A DNA stretch of 64,000 nt from Macrostomum lignano (GCA_002269645.1 NIVC01003891.1:1-64000), one strand, 5' to 3'. Shown: positions 34,490 to 46,959, counted from the first letter of the stretch. Notes: generated by a model from the letters alone, not told the origin. A program made the numbers and translations.

Positions 34490-35190
34490 ATCCAGCATGT
34501 CCCTGGCTCCCATCCAGCATGTCCCTGACTCCCATCCAGCATGTCCCTGGCTGCCATCCAGCATGTACCTGGCTCTCCAGCATGTCCCTGACTCCCATCC
34601 AGCATGTCCCTGACTCCCATCCAGCATGTCCCTGACTCCCATCCAGCATGTCCCTGACTCCCATCCAGCATGTCCCTGGCTGCCATCCAGCATGTCCCTG
34701 ACTCTCATCCAGCATGTCCCTGACTCCCATCCAGCATGTCCCTGGCTGCCATCCAGCATGTACCTGGCTCTCCAGCATGTCCCTGACTCCCATCCAGCAT
34801 GTCCCTGGCTGCCATCCAGCATGTACCTGGCTCTCCAGCATGTCCCTGACTCCCATCCAGCATGTCCCTGACTCCCATCCAGCATGTACCTGGCTCTCCA
34901 GCATGTCCCTGACTCCCATCCAGCATGTCCCTGACTCCCATCCAGCATGTCCCTGACTCCCATCCAGCATGTCCCTGACTCCCATCCAGCATGTCCCTGA
35001 CTCCCATCCAGCATGTCCCTGACTCCCATCCAGCATGTCCCTGACTCCCATCCAGCATGTCCCTGACTCCCATCCAGCATGTCCCTGACTCCCATCCAGC
35101 ATGTCCCTCTTACCTGACTCCCATCCACCATGTCCCTCTTATCTGACTCTCATCCAGCCTGTCCCTCTTACCTGACTCTCATCCAGCCTG
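34490..35190. repeat. ~22-bp minisatellite (cccatccagcatgtccctgact)
   Basis: Direct reading. Confidence 0.95.
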
Positions 35191-35592
35191 ATCATGACTC
35201 ATCTGGGAGACACACTGTGCCCCCAGGCAGTTTAAAAGTGGCCTGTTAGGCATTGGTGCCCCAAGCTAATATTTATCTTTTGTTAGACTAAAAAATTTTA
35301 CATTCGTTCTCTATTTGCAGTAGTATAGCGCGGTATCTCGAACCAATCTACCAATGTTATTTAATATTTATTTAGGTTTCCCAAAGTCATTTGAATTCCT
35401 TTTTGCAATGGATTCTTGATAGTACTCTCGAAGAAGTTCTCAATTGAGCTGCCAAATAAATTATTTCAACCAGCCTGAAATCTGCATCATGCAAACTGAA
35501 GTTGCTGGGACTGCAGAGTTGTGACTTTCGTGAAGCACAATAACTCATTGTGACCTGGTGAGTGGCACGAAATTCATACTTCATTTTATTAG

Positions 35593-35950
35593 TGTCAAGT
35601 CGCGCCCAGTAAACGATGACAAGGCCGCCCGTGGGCTTGGTTTGAGTCAAGTACGAAGTTGTGTATTTGAGATGAGCGAATTATTGCAATGATTGTGAGA
35701 TACGAGGTGGTAGGTGGCGAGACCAATATATAGGCTTAAAAGACAACAAGTAAGTGGGCTTAAAACTCAGAATCGATCACTACTGAATATTATCATGTCA
35801 AGGGGGAGAGAGAGAAAAAGTACGCAGAGCAGCGTACACCGGAGTAGGCCGGTTTGGTTAGTTAGGCTGGCTGGCTAGTTAGAGTTACTCATAATTGGAC
35901 TCAGGTGAGTCAGGTGCAGTGCAGTACATCAAAACACGCCCGGCACCTCA
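35593..35950 (-). repeat. 3' LTR
   Basis: Matches 39869-40226. Confidence 0.98.
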
Positions 35951-38900
35951 TCTCCCCCCTTCGAATCGCAACGGGGGCACGCCTCGATTCGCTCGGAGGT
36001 TGTAGCTCGGTCTCTGAGCCGTAGTCGCCTTGTCAGTTCCGGCTCTGCTCTCCGCTAAGCGGTTGTGGCCACCGGACTCGGGAGTACTCGGGACTGAGCT
36101 CGCCGCCGGCTGGTTCTCCACCTGCTCTGACGTGGCCGAGACCGGAGGTCCGTCGCTGCCGGGCGTCACTGTTGGCAGGTCGGCGGGCTTCGCCGCCCCC
36201 TCGGAGCGGAGGTTGCCGTTCAGGTCGGTTGTCGCAGTCGCGCCGCCCTCATTGTTGTCAGGCTCGTGTCGCCGAAGTTGGTCAAGGTGGGCGAGTGTGA
36301 CTCTGTTGCCTTGTCGCACGATCAGCGCCGTGTTGGATCCCTTCTGCGCTAGGAATTCTGCCTTTTCCGGGATCGCGCCTCTCCTTGGGGCGTACCACAC
36401 CTCGGACCGGATTGCTGTTCTCATGGTGATGGGGTTCCGCAGCTGCCTGCCCATCAGCTGCGCTGGACTGAACTCTCTTCCGGCATGCGGCACGCATCGG
36501 TAGTTTAGCAGAATCCGCGCGAGGAACGCGTCGTACGACTCCTGCTGGTCCCAGCCCGCCGAGGCCACCTTGATCGTCTGCACCATGCGCTCAGCCAGGC
36601 CGTTCGACTGGGGGTGGTATGGCGGAGTTTTCACAGCGCGGCAGCCAATTCTGCTCAGCCAACTCACCAACCCTTCATCATGAAATTCAGCAGCATTGTC
36701 ACTCACCAGGGTTCGGGGAACTCCATTGCGGGCGAAGACCTCCTGGAGGACCTTCCTGACGGTCGCGGCGCTCTTGTCCGGCACTCGGACGGCCTCCGGC
36801 CAGGCGGACATGGCGTCGACCAGGACCAGCAGGAGCCCGACCTTTGGGACGTGAGCGTGGTCCATGTGGACGCGTCCCCAGGGTTCAGAGTCGGCCGGCC
36901 ATTGATGGACGCTGCTGTGGCCGCTTTGGCGTTGCTTGGCGCAGGTGTGGCAGGCACGGACGAATCCTTCCACGTCGCCGCAGTAGCCTGGCCACCAGAC
37001 GGAGTTGCGGACCAGCGCTCGTGTGCTCGAGGCACCGGGGTGCGCCCCGCTGTGTACCAACTCCAGGACGCGGCTTCGCAAAGACGAGGGAATGACTGGC
37101 CGGTCTCCGTAGCACACTACCGAGTCGTCTATTGTAAGCGCGTGACGAATTGCCTTGAAGGGCCGCTCTGCAGGGGAGCAGCCCGACCAGCGATTTCCGG
37201 CTATCCTGCGCATGACATCTGCTAGCAGCCTGTCACGTTTTGTCTCCTCTGCTAGCTCATTCCAACCAATGACGCTTTCACCAGCCCAATGCACCAGGTG
37301 GTGGTGGTGAGTCGCAGCTTCAGCCTGGTCGTCCGGAACGTCGGCAAAGTCGAGCCGGGAGAGCGCATCGGCGTGCGGAATTTGGGCTCCTCGGACGTAC
37401 TCAATTGCGAAGTCGAACCCCATGAGGCGGATGGCCCAGCGAAGCAGTCGAGCGTTGGCGACCTTGGGGAGTTGTTGTCTTGTTCCAAACAGGAACTCTA
37501 GAGGGCGGTGGTCCGTTCGCAGTGTGAAACGCTTGCCTAGAAGGAACTGTCGAGCCCTCTCCATCGCCCAAACAATCGCCAGAGCCTCCCGCTCGATGTT
37601 GGAGTAGCGCGCCTCCGCCTGTGTCAATCGCCGGCTGAAGTAGATGACGGGGTGCCCTTCCTGCGTGAGCACGGCGGCCACCGCCTTTTCACTGGCGTCT
37701 GTCGTCAGCGTTGTCTCTTTGGCTCGGTCATAAGGCTGGATGATCGGGCCGGAGCTCAGCAGCTTCTTCAGCTGGTGGAAGGCCGCTTCTTGCGCAGCTC
37801 CCCACACAAACTCCGCTCCCTTCTTGCGCAGCTGGTTCAAAGGCTCGACAACGTGCGCATAGTTGTTGACAAACCTTCCGAAGAAATTGCAGAGACCAAG
37901 GAACGACTCTAACTGGCGACGGTCGCGTGGCGCGGAGATCTCCATGATTTTGCTGACCAGGCCGGGGTCTGGCGAGATTCCGTCTGCGCTGATTCTGTAG
38001 CCCAGGAACTTGACTGTCTTGGCCCCCAGGTTGGATTTGGCGAGATTTATATTCATGCCGGCCGCCTGTAGGGTCTTGATTACTTCATCAACTTTGGCCT
38101 TGAGACCCTCGGCAGATTGACCTCCGATAAGGATGTCGTCTTGATAAATGACCTTGCCGCTTACGTCCTCGAGGGTGGTCTCCATTGCCTTTTGAAAGAT
38201 GGCGGATGCTGACTTGAGGCCAGGCACTAGTCGGGTGTAGCGGAACAGCCCTAAAGGAGTTGCAATCGTGGTGACCTCCCTGCTCTTCTCCTCGAGCTCG
38301 ATCTGTAAGTAGGCGTCAGATAGGTCGAGAGTGGCAAAGTCAGTCATTCCGGCAACGTCCGAGAAGATCGTTTCGACGGTTGGCATGGGGTAGGTGTCCC
38401 CGCACACCTGATGGTTGACCCCCGCTTTGTAGTCGGCGCAAATTCTGACATTGCCATTAGGTTTTAGGACGCAGACGATCGGGGACGCCCATTCGCTGCC
38501 GCCCTCCGTCACCGGCTCGATGATGCCCTCAGTCACGAGACGCTTTAGCTCCTGATTGACGCGGTCACGCAGGTGCAGCGGCACTGCTCTGGCTGCGCAG
38601 TAGAAAGGCTTGGCACCCTCAATCAGCTTGATCCTGGCCTGGAAGCCTTTCAGACAATCGAGATGTTGAACTACGGAATCCTGAGCACTGGCTGCCTGGC
38701 CTTCGGGGTTCCAATCCAGATTGTCAAGACCCAGCAGTCCATGTGACTTGCGCGCTGCTGTGACCACCAAGTCGACTGTGCGGAACTTTTCTTGGTCATC
38801 CCACGTGGCAGTGAACTCTCCCAGGGTTCTTATGATCGATCCGTCGAACTGTCTCAGAATTCGTCTGGATTTCCTCAGTGCTGGGCATCCAAGTGTCTCC

Positions 38901-39868
38901 CAGTGGCCCCGTGGAATGAGACTCACATCAGCGCCCGTATCTACCTGCATTTGCAGCTCCTTGCCGTTGATTTTTACCTGCCGGAAGATGCCGTTCCGCT
39001 CTCTGCGCTTCGGTCTGATGACGAAGACGTTGGCAGTATCTCGCTCCATCTCGGCGCCTTCGTTCTCCTCCCAGGTCTCTAGATGCACGGTGCGGGACCT
39101 GCATACGGCAGCGAAGTGGTTTTTCTTGTTGCAGGCGGTGCACCGCTTGCCGAACGCAGGGCATGCGCCTTGCTGGTGCAAACCGCCGCAATATTGGCAC
39201 TTCGTCTTGCTGATGTTCCTCGGTGGTCTGGTGTCCGGCGCTGGCTGTGGGGGCGTGCCGCGCCGCCCTGCATAGGCGATGCTGGCCTCGGTGTTGGCAG
39301 CGGCCCCGGTGCTGGTGTTGTAGCAGCGGATTTGCTCAAGTTGCTCAAGTGTTTGCAGCACCTCGTTCAGCAGCATGTCGGTAGCTTGCATTCTCTCCAA
39401 CAGTCTATGTTTGTGGTCCACAGAGGCGAGTCCGTCCACGAGCCGCATGGTGATGAGCTCGTCCTCGCTTGACTGTTTCGTCCCGAGCTTCTCAAAGCTA
39501 CACGTAGCCGCTGCTGCACGGAGTCGGCGGTAGTAGGAGGCGACACTTTCGCTTGGGTCCTGCCTGAGGGCGAGGAATTTTGCTCGTTCGGCAATATCGA
39601 GGCGCTTCTTGGGCCGGATTGTCTCCTTGATGATGTCTCGAATTTGTTCAAATGTTTTTTTCTCCAGGCTGGTCGGGGCAGCCATGAGGGACAGCGTTCT
39701 CAGTGCCTTGAGACCTGCCCTGGCGAGGAATAGATCGGTGATCTGCCGATCTTCTTCTGTGTCCGTCAGTTTCTTGGTTCGTGCGGCAGCCGCAAAGCTG
39801 AGCAGCCAGGCTTCGGCTGTGTCTGGGTCATCCAAGTTTAGTTCGGAGTTGTTTGCTTGCGACGCCAT
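35948..39868 (-). CDS. Gag-Pol polyprotein, 1306 aa (CCHC knuckles, aspartic protease, RT, RNase H, integrase)
   Basis: CQYCGGLH...CTACNKKNHFAAVC; VDTGAD; LDLSDAYLQ...YQDDILI; TDAS...YSNIEREALA...TDHRPL; H..AHPG...C..C, HMDH...SDNA...SNGLAER. The order PR-RT-RH-IN is Gypsy-type. First ATG at 39868; the track's start at 39898 is a TTG inside the LTR. Confidence 0.97.
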   Translation of the reverse strand: MASQANNSELNLDDPDTAEAWLLSFAAAARTKKLTDTEEDRQITDLFLARAGLKALRTLSLMAAPTSLEKKTFEQIRDIIKETIRPKKRLDIAERAKFLALRQDPSESVASYYRRLRAAAATCSFEKLGTKQSSEDELITMRLVDGLASVDHKHRLLERMQATDMLLNEVLQTLEQLEQIRCYNTSTGAAANTEASIAYAGRRGTPPQPAPDTRPPRNISKTKCQYCGGLHQQGACPAFGKRCTACNKKNHFAAVCRSRTVHLETWEENEGAEMERDTANVFVIRPKRRERNGIFRQVKINGKELQMQVDTGADVSLIPRGHWETLGCPALRKSRRILRQFDGSIIRTLGEFTATWDDQEKFRTVDLVVTAARKSHGLLGLDNLDWNPEGQAASAQDSVVQHLDCLKGFQARIKLIEGAKPFYCAARAVPLHLRDRVNQELKRLVTEGIIEPVTEGGSEWASPIVCVLKPNGNVRICADYKAGVNHQVCGDTYPMPTVETIFSDVAGMTDFATLDLSDAYLQIELEEKSREVTTIATPLGLFRYTRLVPGLKSASAIFQKAMETTLEDVSGKVIYQDDILIGGQSAEGLKAKVDEVIKTLQAAGMNINLAKSNLGAKTVKFLGYRISADGISPDPGLVSKIMEISAPRDRRQLESFLGLCNFFGRFVNNYAHVVEPLNQLRKKGAEFVWGAAQEAAFHQLKKLLSSGPIIQPYDRAKETTLTTDASEKAVAAVLTQEGHPVIYFSRRLTQAEARYSNIEREALAIVWAMERARQFLLGKRFTLRTDHRPLEFLFGTRQQLPKVANARLLRWAIRLMGFDFAIEYVRGAQIPHADALSRLDFADVPDDQAEAATHHHHLVHWAGESVIGWNELAEETKRDRLLADVMRRIAGNRWSGCSPAERPFKAIRHALTIDDSVVCYGDRPVIPSSLRSRVLELVHSGAHPGASSTRALVRNSVWWPGYCGDVEGFVRACHTCAKQRQSGHSSVHQWPADSEPWGRVHMDHAHVPKVGLLLVLVDAMSAWPEAVRVPDKSAATVRKVLQEVFARNGVPRTLVSDNAAEFHDEGLVSWLSRIGCRAVKTPPYHPQSNGLAERMVQTIKVASAGWDQQESYDAFLARILLNYRCVPHAGREFSPAQLMGRQLRNPITMRTAIRSEVWYAPRRGAIPEKAEFLAQKGSNTALIVRQGNRVTLAHLDQLRRHEPDNNEGGATATTDLNGNLRSEGAAKPADLPTVTPGSDGPPVSATSEQVENQPAASSVPSTPESGGHNRLAESRAGTDKATTAQRPSYNLRANRGVPPLRFEGGR

Positions 39869-40226
39869 TGTCAAGTCGCGCCCAGTAAACGATGACAAGG
39901 CCGCCCGTGGGCTTGGTTTGAGTCAAGTACGAAGTTGTGTATTTGAGATGAGCGAATTATTGCAATGATTGTGAGATACGAGGTGGTAGGTGGCGAGACC
40001 AATATATAGGCTTAAAAGACAACAAGTAAGTGGGCTTAAAACTCAGAATCGATCACTACTGAATATTATCATGTCAAGGGGGAGAGAGAGAAAAAGTACG
40101 CAGAGCAGCGTACACCGGAGTAGGCCGGTTTGGTTAGTTAGGCTGGCTGGCTAGTTAGAGTTACTCATAATTGGACTCAGGTGAGTCAGGTGCAGTGCAG
40201 TACATCAAAACACGCCCGGCACCTCA
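39869..40226 (-). repeat. 5' LTR
   Basis: Matches 35593-35950. Confidence 0.98.
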
Positions 40227-40294
40227 ATTAGTGTTAATGCCGAGCCATCACCAGGCTTCCGTGAAGGTTATGATTTTTCATCTATATTTTTACA

Positions 40295-41710
40295 TTTACA
40301 TCTAGCTGCCGTCTACTTTACATCTAGCTGCCGTCTACTTTACATCTAGCTGCCGTCTAATTTACATCTAGCTGTCATCTCATTTACATCTAGCTGTCAT
40401 CTCATTTACATCTAGCTGTCATCTCATTTACATCTAGCTGCCGTCTAATTTACATCTAGCTACCGTCTACTTTACATCTAGCTGTCATCTCATTTACATC
40501 TAGCTGTCATCTCATTTACATCTAGCTGCCGTCTCATTTACATCTAGCTACCGTCTACTTTACATCTAGCTGCCGTCTTATTTACATCTAGCTGCCGTCT
40601 AATTTACATCTAGCTGCCGTCTTATTTACATCTAGCTGCCGTCTAATTTACATCTAGCTACCGTCTCAGTTACATCTAGCTACCGTCTACTTTACATCTA
40701 GCTGCCGTCTTATTTACATCTAGCTGCCGTCTCATTTACATCTAGCTGCCGTCTTATTTACATCTAGCTGCCGTCTCATTTACATCTAGCTGCCGTCTTA
40801 TTTACATCTAGCTGCCGTTTTATTTACATCTAGCTGTCATCTCTTCTACATCTAGCTGCCGTCTTATTTACATCTAGCTACAGTCTACTTTACATCTAGC
40901 TACCGTCTACTTTACATCTAGCTACCGTCTACTTTACATCTAGTTACCGTCTACTTCACATCTAGCTGCCGTCTAATTTACATCTAGCTATCGTCAAATT
41001 TTCATTTAGCTACGGTGTACTTTACATCTAGCTACCGTCTCATTTATATCTAGCTGCCGTCTAATTTACATCTATACTAGCTACCGTGTACTTTATATCT
41101 AGCTACCGTGTACTTTACATCTAGCTACCGTCTAATTTACATCTAGCTGCCGTCTTATTTACATCTAGCTGCCGTCTAATTTACATCTAGCTACCGTCTC
41201 AGTTACATCTAGCTACCGTCTCGGTTACATCTAGCTACCGTCTACTTTACATCTAGCTACCGTCTTATTTACATCTAGCTGCCGTCTCATTTACATCTAG
41301 CTGCCGTCTCATTTACATCTAGCTGCCGTCTTATTTACATCTAGCTGCCGTCTTATTTACATCTAGCTGCCGTTTTATTTACATCTAGCTGTCATCTCTT
41401 CTACATCTAGCTGCCGTCTTATTTACATCTAGCTACAGTCTACTTTACATCTAGCTACCGTCTAATTTACATCTAGCTATCGTTAAATTTTCATTTAGCT
41501 ACCGTGTACTTCACATCTAGCTACCGTCTCATTTATATCTAGCTACCGTGTACTTTACATCTAGCTACCGTCTCATTTATATCTAGCTGCCGTCTAATTT
41601 ACATCTATACTAGCTACCGTGTACTTTATATCTAGCTACCGTCTAATTTACATCTAGCTACCGTCTTATTTACATCTAGATGCCGTCTACTTTACATCTA
41701 GCTGTCATCT
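40295..41710. repeat. 21-bp minisatellite (tttacatctagctgccgtcta), ~65 copies
   Basis: Direct reading. Confidence 0.96.
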
Positions 41711-42947
41711 TAGAACAGTTAGCATTAAGTATTAAGTAAGACAATAAAAATAACAAAATCCAAAAAGACAGAATTTGCGTTTGCCAGATTTGCAGTTTAT
41801 TCAGAGATGTTAATTAGCGAATTATTTGTTGCTGTTTGTCCTCACGAGAGCAGATTTCTCTTTTTTTAGAAAACTCGCACGGGAACAGAAATTTCTTGCC
41901 AGTTCTGCTTTTAGTAATTCTCGCTTCAACGCTCGCGTCCTTATAACTTCCGCATCGGAGCGGCTATATCAAATAGGTCCATTTGAATGAGGGGGGCAGG
42001 GGCGGATCGACAGAAACACGAGAGATGATTCACACATACTCGACACAGACAAAGAGCGGCCACATCTAAGCCAAATAGTAAGACGAATAACAATTTTTGA
42101 ATCTTAAATAATAACAAAAATAAAGTTCAGTTATCACATTGACTGACGGATTCCGGGGTGCGCTGGGCGGGGCGAACGCCTCAAGTTCATGCGCTACACA
42201 ACAAGGCGACACAAGATAGGAACTGTTTAATCTAGACTTTGCTTAAAAATAGACACGGCTACGGGAAATCTGGGAGAAGTTAAGAATTGCGCAAATAATT
42301 CTACATAAGCGCCTTTCCCGCGATCACCACGTGCAGATAATTTTACGAGTAAATGATTTTGATTTTGATTTTGATTTTCCAGCTCTACTAAGAGTGTTAT
42401 TAATTTTCTGATTTTTTAAATCTATTTCTGCAGTGGCGCAAAAACATTTTTAAGGACCCAAATACAGACATCGCAAGCGGATAGAACGAGGACAGAGAGG
42501 CTGCGGTTGTGCTAAGTGCGCGTTAACATAAACCCGGAAAAGTGGTACATATAAATCTGATGGTAACAGTTACAGTAAAACAAAATAATAATATCAATAA
42601 TATTTAGTTAGACGATTAGACAAATATTCGGAACAATAAAAATAGAATCTGCATTTCCATTCAGTTCTTTAATTTCCAAGTTCCTTGATCTGACAAGCGG
42701 GGCTGATCTAACAAAAATAGTTTCTTTTTCAAACGGACGAAAATGACGGAACAGCGACGAACAACACGCGAGCGACACGAATGACGAGGAGACAGAGTTG
42801 AGAGACTGGGCGGGAACGGAGAGGCCAGAATGAGGGCTGACAGAGACAGATGCGGGGGCGTTAGAAATGAGAGCCAGATTCACTTGTCGGGGCGTTCCAA
42901 AGGTCCGGTTATTTTTTTGCACAGCTGACGGTGCCGCTGGGCTCCGC

Positions 42948-45900
42948 TTACTCGGCGAGGCGGTGCCACTCGGCGATCTGCTTGCGCGGACAGTTCATGG
43001 CCTCCTGCCAGTGCTTGTCGGCCAGCTCGCCGCGGCCGAGGCCCAGCTCCAGGCGGCCGATCACTTCGTTCTTGGTGACTCGGTCCCAGTCCAGCACAAG
43101 CAGCTCCAGGGCCAGCTGGTGGAGGCCCTCGTTTGGCGGCACTTCAAACACGAACGATTCGTTGTAGACTGGATTCAGCGTGCGCTTCTTCACGTGGGTC
43201 TTCTTCTTGGCGATCCGCTGCCCGTTGTACTGCAGGTAGAGCTTCACGTAGGGGTCGCCTGGGGGGGATTTTCAGTTGGTTAATTCATTGTCAAACGGAC
43301 TCGAACTACCCAAACTTGTCCTAAGCGTTTATAGCAACAACGTTTCACGCAGATAGCATTCGAGAACGTTGCGATATCCAACGATAACCTCGGTATTATG
43401 TAAACCACCTGTGTTATTATATTTTCGCGCATATGCCTTTTCTGGCCTCCACCTGATTAAACACTATCAAATGTTCCTCTTCGAACCTATATGAAGTGGT
43501 GACTGTGTACATAATCTATGCGATGTGCCTGCCCGGATGTAGACTGCGGCTTCACTCGGTCTGACATCGCAAAGTTAAAAAGTGTCTCCCAAAAGCGTAG
43601 TATTGTACTGTCTGTTATCGAACTGTGTTGATTGATTGATGCATCATCAATGTCTGTGGACAAAATGCTGTAACCAACCTTGAGCAGCACGACAGACTTA
43701 AATGGAACAAGGCCTGTCCAATGTATTTGTCATTTGTCGAATCAGCATCTATTCCGCCCGCCCAGAGGTGAACTGAAACCCCGAGGTCTTATGTTCAGAT
43801 ATATTTTATGCCTGCTGTTACACACAGAGCTAGAGGACTGAGCTAGACTCTGAGCCGGAGGCCGCTCCTGCAGCCCCTAGGGCATTCGATGTCGCTGTGA
43901 GGAGCCGCTAGAGCCAAAGGAAAGTGTATTAATAAAAGAATATTATGTAAAGGCGACAGAAGCGGAAGAAGCGCTAAGATGCTGCACAGATCTAAAGTGA
44001 GAGGGGAGGCAGGCAGAAAAGAGGATTGTGGGGCAAATTAGAATAAGTGCGCTAGAGGGGAAAGCCGCAACGGAGATGGCAGAGTGAGTGGAGGCTGCAC
44101 GCGCCCATTCAAGCAACTCTGGGGCTTCTGTCTCTCCTGACCGCCGGCTTTATGCAGCCCCTCCCCCTCCCATGCTCCTGTCAGCTCCCCTTTGCCAGTT
44201 GCTTACTTCCACAGTGATCTGTTTCATAGCAAAGCATATAGCAGAGCAGGTATTCTCGCTCAGCCCGCGCCCTCCCTTGCGTGCCTCACGCGAATTCGAC
44301 TCGAGGCTGGACAAAACGCTCTCTCTGATCGCTTTTCGCTTAAAAGCGGCACCCACCCACTCAGCAATCAGCCCAATATCCGTTCGAGGGTCGCGTACCT
44401 TTCCTGATTGCAGTCTCAGGCCCTTCCTGTCTCACTCAGTCCCACTCACCAGCCAGTCCGGTCACGTCCATCTTCGGCAGGTTGCGGGCCTTCAGCACAA
44501 CAACGGTCAGACGGTTAGCCGCAGGCTGGTGGCACAGGCTCACCAGCAGCTCGCCACGGTTCTGGTTCTTCACCTGGGTTTGGTGCGAAATTTCGGGAAT
44601 TGAGGCTGGTTTCTTATAGTCCGGCATAAGCGAGCGATAATTATTTGCAGATCAGGCAAAATACAGCTTCAAAATCAGACACTCATAAAGAGATAATGAT
44701 GCAGCGATAAGAGATAAGCGACGGTTAAATGGCTAAAGTTACTGAGATAACCGCTAGGCTAAAGATGCTCAGATAAGCGACATTTAAATGGCTAAAGTTA
44801 CTGAGAGAAGCGATGGTTAACTGGCTAAGGTTACTGAGATAAGCGACGGTTAAATGGCTAAAGTTACTGAGATAAGCGACGGTTAAATGGCTAAAGTTAC
44901 TGAGAGAAGCGATGGTTAACTGGCTAAAGTTACTGAGATAAGAGACGGTTAAATGGCTAATGTTACTGAGATAACCGCTGGGCTTAAGATGCTCAGATAA
45001 GCGACGATTAAATGGCTAAAGTTACTGAGATAAGCGACGGTTAAGAGGCTAAAGTTACTGAGAGAAGCGCTAGACTAAAGATGCTCAGATAAGCGACGGT
45101 TAAATGGCTAAAGTCACTGAGATAAGCGACGGTTAAATGGCTAAAGTTACTGAGATGGTTAACTGGCTAAAGTTACTGAGATAAGCGACGGTTAAATGGC
45201 TAAAGTTACTGAGACGGTTAACTGGCTAAAGTTACTGAGATAAGCGACGGTTAAATGGCTAAAGTTACTGAGATGGTTAACTGGCTAAAGTTACTGAGAT
45301 AAGCGACGGTTAAATGGCTAAAGTTACTGAGATGGTTAACTGGCTAAAGTTACTGAGATAAGCGACGGTTAAATGGCTAAAGTTACTGAGATGGTTAACT
45401 GGCTAAAGTTACTGAGATAAGCGACGGTTAAATGGCTAAAGTTACTGAGATGGTTAACTGGCTAAAGTTACTGAGATAAGCGACGGTTAAATGGCTAAAG
45501 TTACTGAGAGAAGCGATGGTTAACTGGCTAAAGTTACTGAGATAAGAGACGGTTAAATGGCTAATGTTACTGAGAGAAGCGCTAGACTAAAGATGCTCAG
45601 ATAAGCGACGGTTAAATGGCTAAAGTCACTGAGATAAGCGACGGTTAAATGGCTAAAAGTTACTGAGATGGTTAACTGGCTAAAGTTACTGAGATAAGCG
45701 ACGGTTAAATGGCTAAAGTTACTGAGACGGTTAACTGGCTAAAGTTACTGAGATAAGCTACGGTTAAATGGCTAAAGTTACTGAGATGGTTAACTGGCTA
45801 AAGTTACTGAGATAAGCGACGGTTAAATGGCTAAAGTTACTGAGATGGTTAACTGGCTAAAGTTACTGAGATAAGCGACGGTTAAATGGCTAAAGTTACT

Positions 45901-46755
45901 GAGATGGTTAAATGGCTAAAGTTACTGAGAGAAGCGCTAAAATGGCTAAGCGGTTAAATGGCTAAAGATGGTTCAAGATCGCTCGTACTGAGAAAAGGAA
46001 TAAACTATGGAGTTAAGAGAACGCAACAAGCCAAGCACCTTGAACTGCCTCGGCTGAATCTCCCTGGTCACGCTCAGTAGGTCGTCCGTCTCGGTCTCGC
46101 CCATGGGGAACAGGACCTCCCCGATGATGTGGTCGCGCGAGAACCTGTCGAAGCTCAGCACAACAAAGTGCAGGCTGGCGGACTTCACCTGGGCCGGGCG
46201 CATCCCGTAGAAGCTGAACGTCTCCTCGTACACCGGGCTGCAGGTCTTGCGCAGCACGCGGGTCTTCACTTTGTGCCGCTTCTCCGGCAGCAGCTGCAGC
46301 TTCACGTAAGGATCCGAGGAGCCCAGGTGGGCGTCCTTGGCCGGCAGGTCCTCGCAGCGGACGATGGTCACCAGCAGAGTTTGCTTGCACTTGTCGTACA
46401 GAACAGAGAAGGTCAAACTGCCCAGATTGCCGGCCGCCTCCTCCGCCTGCGGTCCCGTGTCGGACACCGGCGAGTTGCCCTCGGACATCATCTGCAGCGC
46501 GTCCGGGGTTGTCGGCGACTCGCCCTGCCGCTGCTGCTGCTGCTGCTGGCGCTGCTGCTGGTTGTGCAGCGAAAGGTTCCGGCTGATCTTCTGGGCCCGG
46601 CCCTCCTCGGCCAGGCTGCGCTTGATGACGCTGGACAGGCGGAAGCCGGGCGACTCTTCGCGACGGCGTTTCAGCGACTTGTAGCCGTAGGTTGCCAGCC
46701 CGGCGACGGCGAACACGGCGCCAACGGTCAGGGCCACGACCGCCCCGATGCTCAT
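42948..46755 (-). CDS. SYT4: Synaptotagmin-4/11 family (coding exons 46755-46039, 44573-44450, 43258-42948; probable 5' UTR exon ending at 47291)
   Basis: N-terminal TM segment. C2A: [52 protein letters not shown]2B: [62 protein letters not shown]. Intron phases 0 and 1 fit. Confidence 0.92.
44700..45970. repeat. Composite 33/26-bp minisatellite filling synaptotagmin intron 1
   Basis: gagataagcgacggttaaatggctaaagttact alternates with gagatggttaactggctaaagttact. Confidence 0.95.
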
Positions 46756-46959
46756 GCCGCCCAGACTCACTGCGGGATGGGGTAGTGCGACTCTCAGCTG
46801 TTACATGCAAGCCCCCTGAGCACTGGCCATGCCACAGCCAAACTTGACTAATCGATACAGTCCCATTTACAGACCTCACTTGAGCCCGAATACGAAGTAA
46901 AGGTTTAGGAACCCCTTTTCAGGGACAGTGATGACTAACTAACAAACTATATATCTCCT

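Larger units (their letters stand above)
35593..40226 (-). mobile_element. Full-length Gypsy/Ty3 LTR retrotransposon (Mag-like, single gag-pol ORF), 4634 bp
   Basis: LTRs at 35593-35950 and 39869-40226 (358 bp, TG...CA, no differences seen by eye). TSD ATTAG at 35588-35592 and 40227-40231. PBS TGGCGTCGCAAGC next to the 5' LTR; PPT gaagggggaga next to the 3' LTR. Confidence 0.98.

Noticed and set aside
36030-39968. Plus-strand and alternate-frame ORFs overlapping the Gypsy polyprotein
   Set aside because: Shadow ORFs of a GC-rich coding sequence; no env or extra gene supported.
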